Below, one piece after another: positions 61,180-64,000 of a DNA stretch of 64,000 nucleotides. Origin of the DNA: an uncultured delta proteobacterium (GTDB taxonomy: Bacteria; Desulfobacterota; Binatia; UBA9968); NCBI GenBank assembly GCA_963755715.1, contig CAVWLW010000007.1, positions 9,411-73,410 on the forward strand. Direction: 5' to 3'. The translations under genes and the position numbers were made by a program. Within the stretch, counting starts at the first letter, position 1. Each line of letters starts with the position of its first letter. The notes below the pieces were generated by a model. The model was not told where the DNA came from and did not search any database. It saw only the letters and a program-made list of their open reading frames with translations.

Positions 61180-62266
61180 ATGCGCATCATCGTGCACGTC
61201 GACATGGACGCGTTTTATGCCGCGGTCGAGGAGCGTCTCAATCCCGCGCTGCGAGATCTTCCCGTTGTCGTCGGCGCCGACCCAAAGGAAGGCAAAGGCA
61301 GGGGTGTCGTCACGACCGCCAATTACCGGGCGCGAACATTCGGCATCCGCTCGGCCCTGCCGATCTCACGAGCGTGGCGCTTTGCCGAAACGGCGCGCAG
61401 ACGCGGTGAACCGGCGACGGTTTTTATTCAGCCGAATATGCCTCTCTATCGCGAAGTCTCCGGCCGCATCATGCAGATCTTGCAGCGCCACGCGGACGCC
61501 TTCGAGGAAGCGAGCATCGACGAAGCCTATCTCGACGTCTCATCGCTGGAAAATTTCGCGGCCGCGCGGCAACGGATGATCGCGGCTCAAGGACGAGATC
61601 CGCGACCTCGAGGGGCTCGGCTGCTCCGTCGGCATCGCTCCCAACAAGCTGATCGCGAAGATCGCTTCGGACCGACAAAAGCCCGATGGTTTGACCGTCG
61701 TCGAGCCCGAGCAGGTCGCCGATTTTCTCAGTCCCCTGCCCCTTCGGGTCATTCCCGGGATCGGGCCCAAGAGCGAATACTTTCTTCACGAAAGAAATCT
61801 GCGGACCGTCGAGGACCTGCGCCAGGTTCCTGAGTCCGCTCTCGTGGAGTGGTTTGGTAAATGGGGCAAGCGCCTGTTCGAAAAAGTCCGCGGCATCGAT
61901 GACTCCGAAGTGTCCAACGAATGGACGCGAAAATCCCTCGGCGAGCAGGAAACTTTCGACGAGGACACGCGCAATCAGGCCCTCGTCACCGAGCGTCTCG
62001 ATCGTATGGCGGAACGGATTATCGCCAAGCTAAAGGCAAAGGAGTTCAAGGGCTTTCGCACGGTGACAGTGACCGTTCGGTTCAGCGACTTTCAGACCAG
62101 CAATCGCTCGCGCAGCCTGAAAGACGGCATCCGCATCGATGACGACGCCTTGCGCCGGCTCCAAGAAGCCGCGTTGGCGCTGATCCTGCCTTTTTTCGAC
62201 GCCCGCGAGAATCCGCGCGCCAAGGCATTCCGTCTGATCGGCCTCCGCGCGGAGAAACTTTTTTGA
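61180..62266 (+). CDS. dinB: Y-family DNA polymerase IV (frameshift ~61585)
   Basis: HVDMDAFYAAVE, TTANYRAR, SIDEAYLD, CSVGIAPNKLIAKIAS..KPDG, IPGIG, RKSLGEQETF. Confidence 0.93.
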
Positions 62267-62319
62267 CCGAAGAGGCCGCGACTGGGTTGAGACGCGCGCC
62301 GCGCTTCGGCAAACGAGAG

Positions 62320-62933
62320 TCAAAGCCTGGACGACTGCGCGCGCAAAGTCCTCATCATGATCGAGTAGCGAAGGTCCTTGACCGGCGGAATTGAATGCTG
62401 CCAGAGCTCTCGCGAAGCTCCGCTCATCAAATAAATCGAACGCGGTTGCTAGCTCGATCGATAATATTTCATCACGCTTTAAGTTCTTCGATCGGACACG
62501 GTTATATTTTCGAAATCTCATCCGGCATGCTGCGCCAAGAGAAATGCCAACCACAACGCCAAAATGCGAAATATCCCGGTGCCAGCCAATCGGCGATCCA
62601 GTGGAATATTCAATGATGGAAGTTTGGCATGAAACTATTCGGATCGATGTTGAAGAGGGTTCCCGCGCGTATCCGGAGCGGCAAAAGAAACGCCGGCATG
62701 TCCGGAGCTGTTGTGATTTCACTTTTTCCGAACTCGTACTGCCAGCCAAAACTAGCGATTCGCCGCTTCCCGGTAAATTGATAATATTTAAACGACTTCA
62801 GGTGAAGGCTCTGAATCTCCCGGATAAGTTCTGGTTCTTCGGCCTCTGAGATAAAGTTTCGGTGATAAATAAATCCATCTGGAACTTTTGCCGCGACCTC
62901 AAAAAGATTCAGATCTCCATTTACTCCGGGCAT
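62320..62933 (-). CDS. AlkB-family 2OG-Fe(II) dioxygenase (frameshifted)
   Basis: PDGFIYHRNFISEAEE, KRRIASFGWQY, EYSTGSPIGWHRD, ISLG, PRSIYLMSG...WQHSI...RYSIMMRT across frames. Confidence 0.88.
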
Positions 62934-63417
62934 ACCATTATGATGCCATGTCCCGCTCAAAGTTGAACTGGCCCTGCTAAGAATGTTTTGTGGCTAACGA
63001 ATTTCAAACAGACCGATTTGAATTACTGGCTAGTTCTTCTCTTGCTTCCTGCATCGGTGCTCGTCGAAGCCGACTGCTCGGCAGTACGCACGAAACGACT
63101 TAAATGGAATGACGCGAGATGAATGTCTTCCTGTGATAATCGCCGCGGTTCCTGATCGAGAAACGTCACGAGCCTTCTAGGCGCCAGCACCCAGACCGTG
63201 TTCTTGTTTGGCATCTCCCTCATTCGTACAAACCTGGATAAACGATTACCGCTCTGACAGCAATTCTCGGAGCTAGCTTGCCTGCCCCTTCACCTGAATC
63301 ACTCAAGGCCGTCGAATGAATTGTCTCGCCGTCGAATATAACGCGTGCATTTCCGTTTGGCTTACTGTCCACCGTCAGTCAAACCGAGGCTATCTCAACT
63401 GATCCTACCTTCTTCCC

Positions 63418-63446
63418 TTGACACGGTGACACGCCGTGATTAACTT
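63418..63446 (+). promoter_or_regulatory. sigma70-type promoter with a spacer inverted repeat
   Basis: TTGACA-17 nt-TAACTT; cacgg-N7-ccgtg overlaps the spacer; upstream of hsp20. Confidence 0.5.
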
Positions 63447-63487
63447 CGCGCTATGTTAAAGAAAAGGTTTAAAAAGGAGAGCTAATT

Positions 63488-63934
63488 ATGGAACTAGTAA
63501 GATGGGAACAAGTGGAGGGTGTAAACAGAATTCAGTCCCGGATCAACGAGTTATTCGAAGACACGTTCGGTCGGACACGGGCGCAACAGGGTGCTGCCAC
63601 TGGAGTCTGGTATCCTCCCGTGGACATTCTTGAAAGTAAGGATTCGTATCTCATTCGCGCCGAGCTGCCGGGGATGAGAAACGAGGACCTCAAAACGGAA
63701 GTGAACGAAGGGATGTTGACCCTCAGTGGCGAGAGAAAGTTTGAAGAGCCGGCCAATGGGGTCGAGTACCACCGGGTCGAGCGGGTTGCAGGTAAATTTT
63801 CTCGATCCTTTTATCTGCCGCAAACGGTGAAGCAAGATAGCATCAAAGCGACCTATCGCGATGGAATACTTGAGGTACAAGTTCCCAAGGCCGATGAGGC
63901 CAAGCCAAGACAGATCGCTATAAGCCTGAACTGA
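63488..63934 (+). CDS. Hsp20/alpha-crystallin small heat-shock protein
   Basis: AAGGAG RBS; WYPPVDI, AELPG, LSGER, GKFSRSF, ATYRDGILEV. Confidence 0.96.
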   Translation: MELVRWEQVEGVNRIQSRINELFEDTFGRTRAQQGAATGVWYPPVDILESKDSYLIRAELPGMRNEDLKTEVNEGMLTLSGERKFEEPANGVEYHRVERVAGKFSRSFYLPQTVKQDSIKATYRDGILEVQVPKADEAKPRQIAISLN

Positions 63935-63957
63935 TTCATCGCAAACCGTCAAACAGC

Positions 63958-63996
63958 AAACTAAAGGGGAAAGCCTAGCGCTTTCCCCTTTAGTTT
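63958..63996. terminator. Intrinsic (probably bidirectional) terminator
   Basis: aaactaaaggggaaagc-ctagc-gctttcccctttagttt directly after hsp20. Confidence 0.85.
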
Positions 63997-64000
63997 CTCA

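Noticed and set aside
63023-63223. 66-aa minus-strand ORF (also 48599-48856)
   Set aside because: No recognisable motif or convincing RBS; cannot be supported as coding from sequence alone.

Overview
A GC-rich bacterial chromosomal segment. Its gene content (several UbiD decarboxylases, xanthine-dehydrogenase-family enzymes, orphan solute-binding proteins, short palindromic repeats) resembles uncultured Binatia/deltaproteobacteria-like genomes; this taxonomic guess is inference only. The window opens with the 5' part of cysS, which the ORF track misses. From 0.9 to 26.9 kb lies a catabolic cluster: three UbiD enzymes, a non-canonical M20 hydrolase, LysR, DUF3891, an amidohydrolase, three molybdopterin large subunits with FAD and 2Fe-2S partners, and a NitT/TauT ABC transporter. 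From 27 to 39.5 kb is a patchwork of small proteins, an out-of-context rpoZ, a duplicated CX5R phosphatase, an extradiol dioxygenase and two HAF-like repeat proteins. From 40 to 64 kb are ftsH, a signal-less TAXI-like protein with DUF1989, a Rieske oxygenase, small secreted proteins behind sigma54-type promoters, an ABC transporter, an Fe-S protein with an ICL-family enzyme, a DUF433/DUF5615 toxin-antitoxin pair, dinB, an AlkB-family gene and hsp20. About a dozen genes carry single-base frameshifts that look like read or assembly errors. No CRISPR array, rRNA, tRNA, integrase or transposase was seen. All family calls come from reading motifs by eye, without database searches.
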